Shown piece after piece: positions 17,231 through 28,429 of a stretch of 64,000 bases of DNA. The notes beneath the pieces are model-generated. The model saw only the letters and a list, made by a program, of their open reading frames with translations, did no database searches and was not told the origin of the DNA. Each line of letters begins with the position of its first letter. Position 1 is the stretch's first letter. The DNA is from an uncultured virus (IMG/VR IMGVR_UViG_3300035204_001483). Its lineage: Duplodnaviria > Heunggongvirae > Uroviricota > Caudoviricetes. A program made the translations under genes and the position numbers. Location: the IMG/VR virus record IMGVR_UViG_3300035204_001483; one strand, given 5' to 3'.

Positions 17231-20200
17231 TTAGATGTAATAGTTTTTGGTGTACGTGCCTAAATATACAGGCTTACGAACTGGTTGAAGGGGGTCATTT
17301 GGATGACCCTTATCAGGGTACCTAACAAAGGTCATTGTAATAGAATGTCCAATTTCTGTTGGGAACATGGGGGGATTTTCATTCGGCCAATGAATGCCTG
17401 TACCCCAATGAAATGGATTATTAGTAATATAATTAGGATTAGTATTATTAGAGGTTGTTCCAGAATTGCAAACTCTCATTACGTTGACTTGCCCTGTCCT
17501 AAAAGCTCCAGAGTCGAAGTTTATGCTAACGTTGTTTCCCGTTACGTAAAAGTTAGCGGCGTCATGCATGTTAAATACAATAAGATTAGGGGTAGTGCTT
17601 TGAAGCAAAGATAAACCACCAATGGTATATCTGACATCTCCCGTCATTCCGGTTTGCCCAGATGCACCCGACAAACCAGTTGGTCCTGTCGGGCCAGTGC
17701 TACCCATTTCTGCGAGTAACTCCCAATAAACTGTCGTACCCCAAGTTTCTGTCCCATTTGTGCAAGCGTCGTTTGCCCAAGTTCCATTGTTGTTCGTGCA
17801 GCACAATGCTTCAGTAGCGGAAGTGCCATCACTACAATACGCTAAATCTGGGTTTTTAGCGGCCCCTCCAGAGGCTTGAGCAGAGCCGTGCTCCTTTACG
17901 CAAATGTAAGTTTTTTCATTATGAGTAACTACGTCGTTTACGTAATAAGTCGGTGTCCCACTAGCGTATGCGTCTCTATACGTAATACCCGTAGGCCCAG
18001 TTAATCCTGTTGCTCCTATCGGACCACCCGAAGGACCAGTGTCTCCTTGTGCTCCAGTTTGACCAGTGGGTCCGGTCTCAACAGTTTTAATGGTTAAAGT
18101 CCCACCCATGCCAGTGTGAGGAGTATCACAATAATAATAAAGAGTATCTGGCGCGTTATGAGGAACCGTAAATAGAGCGTAAGAATTCCCTACCCCTTGA
18201 GTACCATAAACGGTCCAACCATCTGTAAATTGTATGCCTCCTGAGGTATTGGTTCCGTCAATTGTTGAAGATATAGCGAGCTCATGAGGTCCAGCGTTTA
18301 TGCTCGTACTACCAAGATCGAACCTGTAAGTGAAGCCTCTATATAGAACAAGAGTTGGAGCAGCGACCGAATCTATGAAAAACTTATTAGTACTATTATC
18401 CGTAGCAACCGTTACAACGTAATCGTCCGCAAGAGTGGCGGGGCCAGTAAGCCCAGTTGCCCCTGTGGCTCCTGTCATTCCGGTTGCTCCCGTTAAACCA
18501 GTTGCGCCAGTTTGTCCTGGAGGTCCACCCGAAGGACCAGTGTCTCCTTTTGCTCCAGCAAGACCTGATTGACCCGTAGCTCCTGTTGCCCCACTAAGTC
18601 CTGTGTTGCCAAGCCTACCTTCTAAACTTTCTAAGTTAACATCAATGATGTACCCAACTGTCAGAAAGTCAAAAATAGGATTACCACTATTGTTGTAAGA
18701 GCAAGAGGGGCAGGAATACGGAGGCGTAACGATAATATGCAACTGGCCATTTGTTTCGTTGTAGGTTTTCACTCTGCCTGAAAAGAATTTTTCAGGAGAA
18801 CCAGCTATTACAAAAAGAATTTTTTGTGCCGTTGTATAAGATAAATTGCGAAGAGAATCGTGCCTTAAAATAAGCTCGTCTTCTATTGTAAAAGTGGCAC
18901 TACCACCAGAGACATTAGTAGCGGAGCTTCCCCCCGCTAAGATTTTATCAAAGCTACCGTCTTGCGCGTAAGTCGCTGGGTTTATAAGAGAGTTAACACC
19001 GAAGGTCGTTTTGTACTTGTCCGCTTCCCCCTTCGGTCCAGCTAACCCCATAAGACCAGTTTCTCCTGTTGCCCCAGTTTGACCAGAAGCTCCACTTAGA
19101 CCTGTTAAACCAGTTGCTCCAGTTTCTCCCGCTCCAGTAGGCCCAGGTGGGCCTTCTACGGTGCTATCTGCACCAGACATCCCAGTTGCTCCCGTTGCCC
19201 CAGTTTCTCCAGTGCTCCCCGTTGCTCCGGTATACCCTGTGCCCCCTGTTGCTCCTGGTGGAGAAGCATCATAAACCTTCAAGTCTCCTAAGACATATAA
19301 ATAGTTAGGGTTCTCCTCGGAATTAGAATTCGGAGGAGCTTGCATTTTTGTGAAACCGTATTTGAAATCAGAGCCAGCAGAAAAAGAAACGGGACCAGTA
19401 ACAAGCCCAAGATTAGTACCGTATTCAAAATCTTGAAACAGATCACCCAGTGAAGCTTTCGAACCAGAAACTGAAGGCATTGGGGAATTCGGAGTCCAAG
19501 TCGCTTGTGCAGCTAAACAGGCCGCTTCGTTATCATGCGCTGGAACACTACAAACGCCTTCTGAAGGAATGTATCTACCTTCTTGGGTTTGGCTGGAAAA
19601 TATGGCAAACCTTAAATGGGCAGCGTCTTGATAAAAATTAGTTGGAGAATTAAGTACTGTAGTAACATTTAACTCGTCATAGTCAAACGTGTAAGAGTGC
19701 CCCCTGATTATTGTTAGGGTTGGGTTTATTCCACCCAAGTCCTCGACGGTGAGATAAGGGAATGTTTCTCCGCTGTAAAGTCCGGTTATTTGTTGAAAAT
19801 TGTAAATTAAACCGCCAATTTTGCCTTCCGGTCCCGTTTCTCCCGTAGCACCACTAGGGAGCAAAAGAGGAACGCCAGTTGTGGCTCCCGTACCCGTTCC
19901 ATATATCCACGCCAAATACTCGTTGTTGTCGCCAGAAAGAAGGTGACCAGAAACAGAAACGCCAGTAGGGCCAGTATATCCTATTGGGCCAACTGGCCCT
20001 GTCTCCCCAGTCATTCCTGATGCTCCCGCTGGACCAGTGGGACCAGTCAAACCTACTGGTCCGGGAGGAGACGTAACGTCAATTGTAAGAGGTTCGCCGT
20101 CAATAAGAAGGGAGTTTCCACTGATTTCTACGTGCTTGTAGGAGTTAGCACCATCGTGAAAATAGATACCCCCATCGACATCGCCAGAAGCTATATAGAG

Positions 20201-20383
20201 TTTTCTGAAGCTGTAAGCAGATGAGCCTAAATCGTATGTTTCGTCTTCCTTGGGTAAAAGATGTCCCGAAGCGACAACATCTCCACCGAAATAAACGGTT
20301 GGTGTGCCCGATACGACATCCAACACGTAACCAGAAATATCTGGTTGATAAATTTGCTTAAGCCTAATGTAATTGTCAGCCAT
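17231..20383 (-). CDS. Collagen-like tail fibre protein
   Basis: Several G-X-T collagen tracts, DETYDLGSS motif, [23 protein letters not shown] domain typical of aquatic phage fibres. Confidence 0.8.
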   Translation of the reverse strand: MADNYIRLKQIYQPDISGYVLDVVSGTPTVYFGGDVVASGHLLPKEDETYDLGSSAYSFRKLYIASGDVDGGIYFHDGANSYKHVEISGNSLLIDGEPLTIDVTSPPGPVGLTGPTGPAGASGMTGETGPVGPIGYTGPTGVSVSGHLLSGDNNEYLAWIYGTGTGATTGVPLLLPSGATGETGPEGKIGGLIYNFQQITGLYSGETFPYLTVEDLGGINPTLTIIRGHSYTFDYDELNVTTVLNSPTNFYQDAAHLRFAIFSSQTQEGRYIPSEGVCSVPAHDNEAACLAAQATWTPNSPMPSVSGSKASLGDLFQDFEYGTNLGLVTGPVSFSAGSDFKYGFTKMQAPPNSNSEENPNYLYVLGDLKVYDASPPGATGGTGYTGATGSTGETGATGATGMSGADSTVEGPPGPTGAGETGATGLTGLSGASGQTGATGETGLMGLAGPKGEADKYKTTFGVNSLINPATYAQDGSFDKILAGGSSATNVSGGSATFTIEDELILRHDSLRNLSYTTAQKILFVIAGSPEKFFSGRVKTYNETNGQLHIIVTPPYSCPSCSYNNSGNPIFDFLTVGYIIDVNLESLEGRLGNTGLSGATGATGQSGLAGAKGDTGPSGGPPGQTGATGLTGATGMTGATGATGLTGPATLADDYVVTVATDNSTNKFFIDSVAAPTLVLYRGFTYRFDLGSTSINAGPHELAISSTIDGTNTSGGIQFTDGWTVYGTQGVGNSYALFTVPHNAPDTLYYYCDTPHTGMGGTLTIKTVETGPTGQTGAQGDTGPSGGPIGATGLTGPTGITYRDAYASGTPTYYVNDVVTHNEKTYICVKEHGSAQASGGAAKNPDLAYCSDGTSATEALCCTNNNGTWANDACTNGTETWGTTVYWELLAEMGSTGPTGPTGLSGASGQTGMTGDVRYTIGGLSLLQSTTPNLIVFNMHDAANFYVTGNNVSINFDSGAFRTGQVNVMRVCNSGTTSNNTNPNYITNNPFHWGTGIHWPNENPPMFPTEIGHSITMTFVRYPDKGHPNDPLQPVRKPVYLGTYTKNYYI

Positions 20384-20429
20384 ACCTTTTACCGAGTTTT
20401 TATTTTAAATTTATTTTAAATTACACTAA

Positions 20430-22262
20430 TTAGTCAATCATGATAGGAGAAAAAGTGCTACTTTTCGAAATATCTTCAGTATTCATCATGTCGAAGTAAG
20501 ACTTAGTAGCCCAAACCCCCAGCATCAAAGTGGTGTAATTATCTTTTCTTGCCCTAGTTGCGGATGAGCTTTTCTTCAAATGTAGGGGTAAATCAAAGGT
20601 TTGTGTTCCTCTAGCGGTAGACTTAACCTCTACTAAAGCGCACTGTTTTTTAGTTTGATAGATTAAGTCGTCTTGCATTTCCATTAAATCTAAAACGGTT
20701 TCAGAGTGTAGTAGCTCCTTGTCTACAGTAACCGAAATAGACTCGTCAAAAGCTGAGTTGTTTGCGGTAACCCTCGAAGCGAACCATACTTTCTTATAAT
20801 CGATAGAAGCCTTTAGGTGCTCGTTGGCTTTTCTTATAAAACCGCTCGTAAATACTTGTTTTATGCATTTTTTTCCTGATTCTTTATTGTAGTGGTACCT
20901 TGCCTTCTTTAGCATTTGCCTGTAATCTAAGTCTTCGGCATCTGAATTAAAATCAAAAAAACTTAATTTTATTTTATCTTCTTTAAAGTATTTACTTTCA
21001 TTTGCACTGTCAATAAATTGATAACCAGCATTATCTATCATGATCATCTCTAAATTAAAAAATTTATTTAAATAATAAAAATATTTAATATGATCTTTTA
21101 GGTGTCCTCCAGCCACAGCGTACCCATGCACTAATACACATTGTCTTTTTTCTTCATCTAGCTCCATTACCGACATAGCGAAGTAATCAGAACTAGGAGA
21201 ATCAGAAAAGCTAGGATCAATTGCTAATATGTACTTTTTATTTGATTTTCCCTTAATTTGCGTCGTGGGAGATTCTCCATCTGGAATTGTGCATTCGTGC
21301 ATTTTCTTCGCGCTAAAATAAGAATCAGAACCATCAGTGAATTGAGCGCAATATTCTCGCTGAAAACTCGAATGACTTTGCCCTCCATCCTTAGCTTCCT
21401 CGATAATAGTTTCGTCAATCATATGGTTTGGGAGAGACTCATATCCCATTTGGGATATAAAATAAGTAGAATCTGCGTTATCGTCTTCTTTGTAAATCTT
21501 ACTTGTCCATTCTTGGTAAGTCTTATATAGGTTTTCAAAAGTATAACTAGCTGAAGAAAGGGCGACCATTTTAGAGTTATCTTTAAATACCATCCTTTCC
21601 TCCTCTTTCATTCTCCCTTCTTTAATTAGTTTATCTTCTATTTCTCTAACTTCTAAACGTTCCTTTATGTCTTGCGGTGCTACCAAAAACGGCATCAAAA
21701 CAGTTTTAATAATTTCCTCAGGAAGAAGCAGGTACTCATCTAAAACTAAAACGTTAGCGCGAAAACCACGAATTTTTTCACCAGACAAGGGGATAGCTGT
21801 GATAGACCCTCCGTTAATTAACCATTCGTATTGATCGTTACGTTTTGATTTTGCTCCAAACACCTGTTGCAAAAGCTCTGCCCCTTTACCGTTATGAATG
21901 CTTTCTATATTGTTGAAGACGAAGCGAGCGGTACGAAAAGTGGGGCCAGCAACTAAAATTTTAGTTTTAGGCTCAAAAATAGTTTGTAAAAGACAAAAGA
22001 CAGAGGCTATAAAAGTCTTGCCGCAGCCACGACCCCACACACACATACTAAAGTTTCTATTCAGCATCGCACGAAGAGTCACCTCTTGGAATGGAGCGAG
22101 CTTTATTCCCGTAAGCAACTCTGTAGTGAAGTGAAGGTTGTGGCGAAGGAATTTAGCGAGAGAAATTTGAGCTTCCTCATCTCCTAGTTCGCCCTGAAGC
22201 CTAAGGAAGTCCTTATTAAGGTCTTCTGCTCCGCTTTTGTATTTTTCAGGACAAAAAAACAT
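20430..22262 (-). CDS. terL: Terminase large subunit
   Basis: Walker A GRGCGKT, IRGFRANVLVLDE Walker B, FQREYCAQF, nuclease LAIDP..SDYFA. Confidence 0.88.
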   Translation of the reverse strand: MFFCPEKYKSGAEDLNKDFLRLQGELGDEEAQISLAKFLRHNLHFTTELLTGIKLAPFQEVTLRAMLNRNFSMCVWGRGCGKTFIASVFCLLQTIFEPKTKILVAGPTFRTARFVFNNIESIHNGKGAELLQQVFGAKSKRNDQYEWLINGGSITAIPLSGEKIRGFRANVLVLDEYLLLPEEIIKTVLMPFLVAPQDIKERLEVREIEDKLIKEGRMKEEERMVFKDNSKMVALSSASYTFENLYKTYQEWTSKIYKEDDNADSTYFISQMGYESLPNHMIDETIIEEAKDGGQSHSSFQREYCAQFTDGSDSYFSAKKMHECTIPDGESPTTQIKGKSNKKYILAIDPSFSDSPSSDYFAMSVMELDEEKRQCVLVHGYAVAGGHLKDHIKYFYYLNKFFNLEMIMIDNAGYQFIDSANESKYFKEDKIKLSFFDFNSDAEDLDYRQMLKKARYHYNKESGKKCIKQVFTSGFIRKANEHLKASIDYKKVWFASRVTANNSAFDESISVTVDKELLHSETVLDLMEMQDDLIYQTKKQCALVEVKSTARGTQTFDLPLHLKKSSSATRARKDNYTTLMLGVWATKSYFDMMNTEDISKSSTFSPIMID

Positions 22263-22263
22263 T

Positions 22264-23205
22264 TTAAAGCTTCTTCGTGTCGTAAGCTAGTTGAAGGTCT
22301 ACTTGCCTATAATAACAGTTCGAAAAGAAAATTCTTTTGATAATTCTAGAGGACTCCTCCCTGTCTTTAACAAACAAAAACTGTATGTGAGGATACTTTT
22401 GAATCAATTCTCTAACATTTCTAAATATAAACTCCGGCGTTACTCTTATTTTTTTTGAGATGTAAGGTAGATACCGAAAAGAAAGCGCATTGTTAAGCGT
22501 ATCTTCCACAAGTATAACTAAATAAGCGTCTAACTCTTTCGCTCTCAAGATTTCCCTTTCGAACCTGTCAAAATGTTTGACGCTTAAAGTGGAAATAAAA
22601 TCAGATAATGACTTTCTTTCTATATAGCAGTCACAAGTAATATCCGAATCGCTTAAACTGTAGTCGCCAATCTTTAGACCTTTGAGCTCAGTGGGCCAGT
22701 CCAACTCTAAGGGCAGTTGCTCTCTGGTGTCAACGTATATTTTATAGTCATCCTTGCTATAAGCTGCGCCCGTGACAAATTCTCCAGCGGTTCGGTATTT
22801 GTTTTTGAATTTTAATTTTTCGCAAAGCTGATAATAGTCTCCAAATAAAAGATCGTAATAATGAACAGGCGGGAGCATCAACGTTCTCAGTTCGACCTGT
22901 GTTGGAGCGTAAACAAGGTTCTTAGCGATTTTTCTCGCTTTAAGGAGGTCTATGCAGTACTTTTTAGAATCTTCTTCAGGAGCCTCTTTAAGCCATCTTT
23001 TTAAATTCGTGCGAGAATTAAAGTCGCTGGAAAAATATTGCTTTTTGTTTTTAAATTTTATAAGCTTACCGTCATACATGTCACGCCTTGGGTGACATTG
23101 TTGATAATATTCAGCCATACGAAGCTTGTGAGCCTTCAAGTGCTTATGAAGGCTCGTATCGTTGCTAAACTCTTTTTCGCATATCTGGCAAATAGATTTA
23201 TCCAT
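22264..23205 (-). CDS. C2H2 zinc finger plus ERCC4/XPF-type nuclease
   Basis: CQIC..HLKAH at N-terminus; VDTREQ, GDYSL and IERKSLSDF ERCC4 motifs. Confidence 0.8.
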   Translation of the reverse strand: MDKSICQICEKEFSNDTSLHKHLKAHKLRMAEYYQQCHPRRDMYDGKLIKFKNKKQYFSSDFNSRTNLKRWLKEAPEEDSKKYCIDLLKARKIAKNLVYAPTQVELRTLMLPPVHYYDLLFGDYYQLCEKLKFKNKYRTAGEFVTGAAYSKDDYKIYVDTREQLPLELDWPTELKGLKIGDYSLSDSDITCDCYIERKSLSDFISTLSVKHFDRFEREILRAKELDAYLVILVEDTLNNALSFRYLPYISKKIRVTPEFIFRNVRELIQKYPHIQFLFVKDREESSRIIKRIFFSNCYYRQVDLQLAYDTKKL

Positions 23206-24331
23206 TCATAGCTTCATCCTTGTCTATTCCCAAAATTCGACATTTTAATTCGTCCATGGAAGAAAGAGCTTCAACCTCTTCTCCAAGGGACTCTTTTTGC
23301 ATTTCAGCTAAACGGATCATCTTATTCCTAGTTTCTTGGCTTTTCCAAGCTTCTACCAAATTAAGTACACTTGCGTTTTGGTTGATTTTTTTACCTAGCT
23401 TGTCGCTACGTTTTTGTTTCAGGTCTCCTAAGAGTTTATGTTGTCTATTAACGCATTGGTTGTATTCATTTTGGGCCGTATTAATAGCCTCAACTAGGGA
23501 CATTGAAATGCGTGCTCCTTCCGTATCGTTTGCTGTATCGTCAAGGAGTTGCTGTAAACGCTCTACTCTACGTTGGATGTTAGAAGAAATAACTACCTCA
23601 CCAGACAAAACAATATATTGGTCAACCTCCTCTTGGGTCAGATCATTCTTGTCGTAAGTGTAACGGACGAATGAGCTTTCAAATAGCTCTCTGGCGGTTT
23701 CGTTTTCATAACTATTAATTTGGTGGATAAATCTAAAAGTACTCAAGTAGCCGATTAAAGAGGCTATGTCTTTTTTTTGTTTGGCAGTAATTTTAGTTTT
23801 GTCAATGCCGTTAAGAACGTATCCGTTTATCTTATGTAAGGTTTTATCAAACGTTTTGGGAGGCTTATACTCTTCTGTCGAGGTTTGTTGGCTTTCGTTA
23901 TACGGAACAATGCTGGGGTCAACAGTTTTTATAAAATCGTTAATTGTTCTGGCTTCTTGACTTACGTGAGACAAGTCGGGATTTGCAAAAATAACACGAG
24001 CAATTTCGTACCCTTTCATTGTCGTTACGTTGTTGATAATGTATTCTTGTTGCTCTTCTGTAAGTTCTATTTTTTCTTTTGGAACGTAATTGTGAAGGCT
24101 TCTGGGGGAAATTTCTTTGCTAGTTAAAAACGCTCTAACGGCCCTTCCTTCCTTTGTTCTGCCGTTGGCTTTTTCTAGGTCTGGAAATGCAATTTTTATT
24201 AATTCGTTTAATGAGGGTGGCCCCTCAGGATGATCTATAGCCCTGCTGTTCCACTCTTCTAGAATCAGCTTTTGTTGTTCGACGGATATAGTTATTCCGC
24301 TGTGAGAAAATGAATTGTTTGAATTTTTCAT
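23198..24331 (-). CDS. Hypothetical coiled-coil protein
   Basis: 377-aa ORF overlapping the ERCC4 gene, with a helical C-terminal half. Confidence 0.65.
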   Translation of the reverse strand: MKNSNNSFSHSGITISVEQQKLILEEWNSRAIDHPEGPPSLNELIKIAFPDLEKANGRTKEGRAVRAFLTSKEISPRSLHNYVPKEKIELTEEQQEYIINNVTTMKGYEIARVIFANPDLSHVSQEARTINDFIKTVDPSIVPYNESQQTSTEEYKPPKTFDKTLHKINGYVLNGIDKTKITAKQKKDIASLIGYLSTFRFIHQINSYENETARELFESSFVRYTYDKNDLTQEEVDQYIVLSGEVVISSNIQRRVERLQQLLDDTANDTEGARISMSLVEAINTAQNEYNQCVNRQHKLLGDLKQKRSDKLGKKINQNASVLNLVEAWKSQETRNKMIRLAEMQKESLGEEVEALSSMDELKCRILGIDKDEAMNG

Positions 24332-24332
24332 G

Positions 24333-25019
24333 CTATAAATCTAATTCGCCTTTTTCAATCAACTTTTTAACTTTGGAAATTATATTTTTTTTGATGTTTT
24401 GAATTTGTTTGTAGCCGGGGCTTCTTTTCTTTTCGTTTGTTTTGAATCCAAGCTTTTTAGCTACATCAAGATCATCTTTATCTTTTATAAATAACGATTC
24501 GAAAACTAGCATTTCGGTAGGTTTTAGGATTTCTTTCATTTTTTTTCTTAACTTTTTTATTTTAGTTTCATAATCCACAAAATCCTCATGAATGGACCAA
24601 ACCTCTTGTTGGTGATTTTCTAAAGCTAATGGAATCTTCAAATTGTAAGCGGACTGCTTTCTCTTTTCCCAATAAGCGTAAAGGGGGCATTCGCTCGATT
24701 GTGTGGAATATATTCTGCACGAGTTAGAATCTTCTGCTGCGGCACATCTTAAACAGGGGCGACTGTAATTAGTGTAGTTGTTCCGAATTATATTTTTAAG
24801 CTGATTAGTTATGACTCTATTGAGCCATGGCCGCAAAGATTTTTGGGGATCATACTGGTTCCATTTTTCATATATATGGATACGAATTATTTGAGATACA
24901 TCATCATAATCTATCCAAGATAAAGAAGAGAGGCTCCACTTACTTCTCCTTTTGGCGATTTCCTCGTCAATGATATCAATATTATCTTCAAATTTTAATT
25001 TTTTATTCGTTTTCGGCAA
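24333..25019 (-). CDS. Phage RNA polymerase sigma factor (sigma70/ECF-like)
   Basis: Region-2-like DDVSQIIRIHIYEKWNQYDPQKSLRPWLNRVITNQLKN; region-4-like HTH (LKPTEMLVF..DVAKKLG); internal CxxC..C..C insert. Confidence 0.7.
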   Translation of the reverse strand: MPKTNKKLKFEDNIDIIDEEIAKRRSKWSLSSLSWIDYDDVSQIIRIHIYEKWNQYDPQKSLRPWLNRVITNQLKNIIRNNYTNYSRPCLRCAAAEDSNSCRIYSTQSSECPLYAYWEKRKQSAYNLKIPLALENHQQEVWSIHEDFVDYETKIKKLRKKMKEILKPTEMLVFESLFIKDKDDLDVAKKLGFKTNEKKRSPGYKQIQNIKKNIISKVKKLIEKGELDL

Positions 25020-25395
25020 TTGACGGTCCCTTCCTTATGGAACCAGCCTCCCTTTGAAATTCTTTCAGAAATTCTTCCTGACTTAGTTCGGGACCACCGC
25101 CGTTTTCGTGAATTTCGCCAATGGCGCCTGGTCCACCTTTTCCCATAATATCCCCAAAGGTTTCTTTGGGTTTGGGATCATTAAAAGAAATCTCAACGTC
25201 TAACTTTGAAGCGTTAAGAGTAAAAAGTTCATTTTCATCTTCATTAGAGTCGTCAATATCATCATCAGCCTCACGTAAAGCTTTCTTTTTCCCCTTCGCT
25301 TTGGTAAGTTGCAAAGTCATGGGTGAAGCGCAACTACAGCAGAATTTAGCAGTTGCAGGGTTCGGCTTTCCACACTCTGGGCAGTACTTCTTCAT
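25003..25395 (-). CDS. Zinc-ribbon protein
   Basis: YCPECG..AKFCCSCA followed by an acidic tail. Confidence 0.7.
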   Translation of the reverse strand: MKKYCPECGKPNPATAKFCCSCASPMTLQLTKAKGKKKALREADDDIDDSNEDENELFTLNASKLDVEISFNDPKPKETFGDIMGKGGPGAIGEIHENGGGPELSQEEFLKEFQREAGSIRKGPSIAENE

Positions 25396-25449
25396 GTTTA
25401 TTATTATACATTTTTAAGAGAAAAAAGCCAAAAAAAATAAAATAAAGGT

Positions 25450-25653
25450 ATGGACAAAAAACAAGCCAAAATGGCTGTAAAGGATTTTGACAAAATTCTA
25501 GACGAGAGCTATAAATACTGCAAATTTGAAGATAATGAAAAAGTACAAAATAAAGCGAGAAAAATCAACAATTTAGCTTGGGAAACAATCAAATACGTTA
25601 ATAGGTACGTTCTCAAGAAAAAGAAGAAAAAAGCGACCCGAAGAAAGAAATGA
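25450..25653 (+). CDS. Small basic hypothetical protein
   Basis: First ORF of the plus-strand operon; ATGA overlap with the next gene. Confidence 0.55.
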   Translation: MDKKQAKMAVKDFDKILDESYKYCKFEDNEKVQNKARKINNLAWETIKYVNRYVLKKKKKKATRRKK

Positions 25654-26537
25654 AGTCGATAGCCCTTTGTCGTCCGGGAGCCATAGGAGACATAATGATG
25701 ATCCTCAATTGCGCCCCCAAGCTAAAGGAGCGTTACGATAAAGTCGATTTGTATTGCCATCGGTCCACATTAGGTGTTGTAAAAAATTTTTGTAGAAAAA
25801 GTGGGCTAGTTGATGAAGCTTCAGATATAGATGAATTTGATTCTTCTAAATATGACAAATCTGTGAATTGTATTGGTTATCCCTTGTCCGAGGGGTACCC
25901 CAATACGCCAATGAGAAAACACTTAATAGAATATTTTGCTGAAGAGCTAGATTTGGATATTTCATTCGATGACGTGAAGTTAACGCCCATGAAACCTCCA
26001 TCTGAAGTTTTTAAAAAGCCCATATACATTACGATTCAGACAAAAACAGGATGGTCCGCTTACAAAGAGTGGTGGGGTTGGCAAAAACTCGTAAATAGAC
26101 TCAAAGACGAAAGGCCAGATATAGGAATATATCAAATAGGCGGGCCTAACGATCCAAAATTGTTAAATCTCGATGGGCATTTTTTGGGACGTTCGTTCGA
26201 TGATAATTTAGCTTCCCAAATTTGGGGGGAACTTCATATTGGTGTAGATTCTGTCTTTAATCATACATCTAATTATTCATGGCATGGTATAGGCAAAAAG
26301 AGTTGTGTTATTTTATGGGGGTCAACTCAGTATAATGCGGCAGGATATCGTCATAACACAAATATTTCCCTAAATTTGCCATGCCAGCCGTGTTTCAGGG
26401 AAGACCCGAAAGTATCTCAAATGTCCAAGGGTACGTGCCCTAACCCAAAAAATCAAACATATGAAAATCCAAAACATGAATGTATGGCAGGAATATCCGT
26501 CGATATGGTTTACGATGCTATAATGCAGAAAATATGA
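25650..26537 (+). CDS. Glycosyltransferase family 9 (heptosyltransferase-like)
   Basis: RPGAIGDIMM, IGVDSVFNH, LPCQPCF..CM motifs. Confidence 0.8.
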   Translation: MKSIALCRPGAIGDIMMILNCAPKLKERYDKVDLYCHRSTLGVVKNFCRKSGLVDEASDIDEFDSSKYDKSVNCIGYPLSEGYPNTPMRKHLIEYFAEELDLDISFDDVKLTPMKPPSEVFKKPIYITIQTKTGWSAYKEWWGWQKLVNRLKDERPDIGIYQIGGPNDPKLLNLDGHFLGRSFDDNLASQIWGELHIGVDSVFNHTSNYSWHGIGKKSCVILWGSTQYNAAGYRHNTNISLNLPCQPCFREDPKVSQMSKGTCPNPKNQTYENPKHECMAGISVDMVYDAIMQKI

Positions 26538-27643
26538 AAAAAATAAACTTATGTATGATAGTAAAGGATGAGGCTCATATAATCGAGCGTTGCCTTGATA
26601 GCGTAAAACCCTTGATAGATGAAGTCGTTATTGTAGATACGGGGAGTACAGACAACACAATAAAAGTAATAAATAATTTTCTAAAAAAACAAAACTTGCC
26701 GGGGAAGATAATAGAAGACCAATGGAAAGGTTTTGCACACGGTAGAACGCTTGCGTTAAAAGAAGCAAGAAAAACAGATTGTGAATACGCACTGATGATT
26801 GATGCTGATGAGATACTAACATTTCAGAAGAGTTTTGATATTAAAAAATTTAAAGAATCCTTAAGTTTTGATATTTACAATATTCCCACTAAAATGGCTG
26901 ATACTATTTATTATCGGCCCACTCTCACATCTAACAAAAAAGACTTCAAATATATAGGCGTGGTTCATGAGTTTCTAGACGGAGAAGGGACAAAAGATTT
27001 CATAAATCATGAAAAAAACTTCTATAATCACCCAATCCAAGATAGTGCTAGAAACAAAAATCCTCGTAAATTTCAAGATGACGCAAAATTACTGGAGGAA
27101 GCCTTAGAGACCGAAACAGATGAATTTCTTCGTTCAAGATACACGTTTTACGCTGCTCAAAGTCATAAAGATAGCGATTCTCCGGGAAAAGCTCTCGATT
27201 TCTATATGCAACGTATAAAAATGGGACATTGGGAAGAAGAATCTTATCAATCCTGTATAAAAGGTGGAATGCTACAAGAACAATTAGGTTATCCGAGCAA
27301 TGTAGTTGTAGAGACCTATCTTAAGGGGCTCGAATTTAATAGCTCAAGAGCCGAAGCTTATCATTATCTCGCTAAATATTGCAGGACGCACAATAAAAAT
27401 CATTTGGCTTATCTCATGTCAAAAGAGGGGCTCAATAAAAAAATAAAAAAACATTTTCTATTTACAGAGAAATGGATTTACGATTATGGACTGCTTGACG
27501 AATTTTCGATTGCCGCTTATTGGGCTGGACACTATCAAGAGTCCTATGACGCTTGCCAAGAGTTATTGCAAAACGCTTTCGTTCCTCGTTCGTATTTGCC
27601 AAGAATAGAAAAAAACTTAAATTTTGCTAAAAATAAACTATGA
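26534..27643 (+). CDS. Glycosyltransferase family 2 with TPR-like C-terminus
   Basis: LCMIVKDE..IERCLDSV..VDTGSTD, IDADE, VHE. Start placed at the ATGA overlap. Confidence 0.85.
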   Translation: MKKINLCMIVKDEAHIIERCLDSVKPLIDEVVIVDTGSTDNTIKVINNFLKKQNLPGKIIEDQWKGFAHGRTLALKEARKTDCEYALMIDADEILTFQKSFDIKKFKESLSFDIYNIPTKMADTIYYRPTLTSNKKDFKYIGVVHEFLDGEGTKDFINHEKNFYNHPIQDSARNKNPRKFQDDAKLLEEALETETDEFLRSRYTFYAAQSHKDSDSPGKALDFYMQRIKMGHWEEESYQSCIKGGMLQEQLGYPSNVVVETYLKGLEFNSSRAEAYHYLAKYCRTHNKNHLAYLMSKEGLNKKIKKHFLFTEKWIYDYGLLDEFSIAAYWAGHYQESYDACQELLQNAFVPRSYLPRIEKNLNFAKNKL

Positions 27644-28401
27644 ACATTTTTACCCACCTAGAAATCGAAACGGTTGGAAGTTGTAATAGGGCGTGCCAGA
27701 CTTGCTTAAGGCAAACGTACATCAACAAAAATAACCCAACTCATTACGGGAGGTTCCCTGTGACTTCTAAAGTGGGAGAAGGAATGAAAATGCCCACGGC
27801 TACATTTAAAAGGATAATAGATCAAGCTGTGGATATGGGTTTCGACAATACCGTTTGTTTGCAACACTTTAACGAACCACTCTTAGACGAAAGGCTGGCT
27901 GAGTTGGGTCAATATGTTAAAAGTAAGCCTCAAATCAAAGGAGCTCTATCTGCTTGCTCAAACATGGACTTAATGACTGAAGAAAGAGCAAAAGAACTGG
28001 ACGGCCTTTTTGATCATTTCGTAGTCGCTTTATATATACCTGAAGAAAGACAACCAGAAAGAGAAAAATGGCTCCTAAATCTCTTTAAAAAAACAGAATT
28101 AAGATTCACAAAAGGCGTCCATGTGATTACTCATTATAGCCCCTACACTAACACCGCACAAACAGTTGAAGACCAAAAGCATAAACCATGCACGTACTAT
28201 AACCAAATGTTAATCATAGCTTACAATGGTACAGTCCTTCATTGTTGTGATGACTATGTCGGCCATTTCGGCCTTGGGGATACGAATACTATGTCACTAA
28301 AAGAAATATGGGAAAGCCAGAAACACCAAGAGCTCGTAGACGACCTTTCTGTTGCTGGGGGTAGATTAAAACACCCTTATTGTTCTGTTTGCCCTAGATA
28401 A
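27640..28401 (+). CDS. Radical SAM protein with SPASM/twitch domain
   Basis: CNRACQTC (CxxxCxxC), NEPLLD, C..GTVLHCCDD..CSVC. Confidence 0.85.
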   Translation: MNIFTHLEIETVGSCNRACQTCLRQTYINKNNPTHYGRFPVTSKVGEGMKMPTATFKRIIDQAVDMGFDNTVCLQHFNEPLLDERLAELGQYVKSKPQIKGALSACSNMDLMTEERAKELDGLFDHFVVALYIPEERQPEREKWLLNLFKKTELRFTKGVHVITHYSPYTNTAQTVEDQKHKPCTYYNQMLIIAYNGTVLHCCDDYVGHFGLGDTNTMSLKEIWESQKHQELVDDLSVAGGRLKHPYCSVCPR

Positions 28402-28429
28402 AAAACATTATCATAGAAAGAATATTATT

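Noticed and set aside
8449..17812. Diversity-generating retroelement TR/VR pair
   Set aside because: Both copies are coding and identical over 68 nt, with no adenine-specific variation and no reverse transcriptase in the window.
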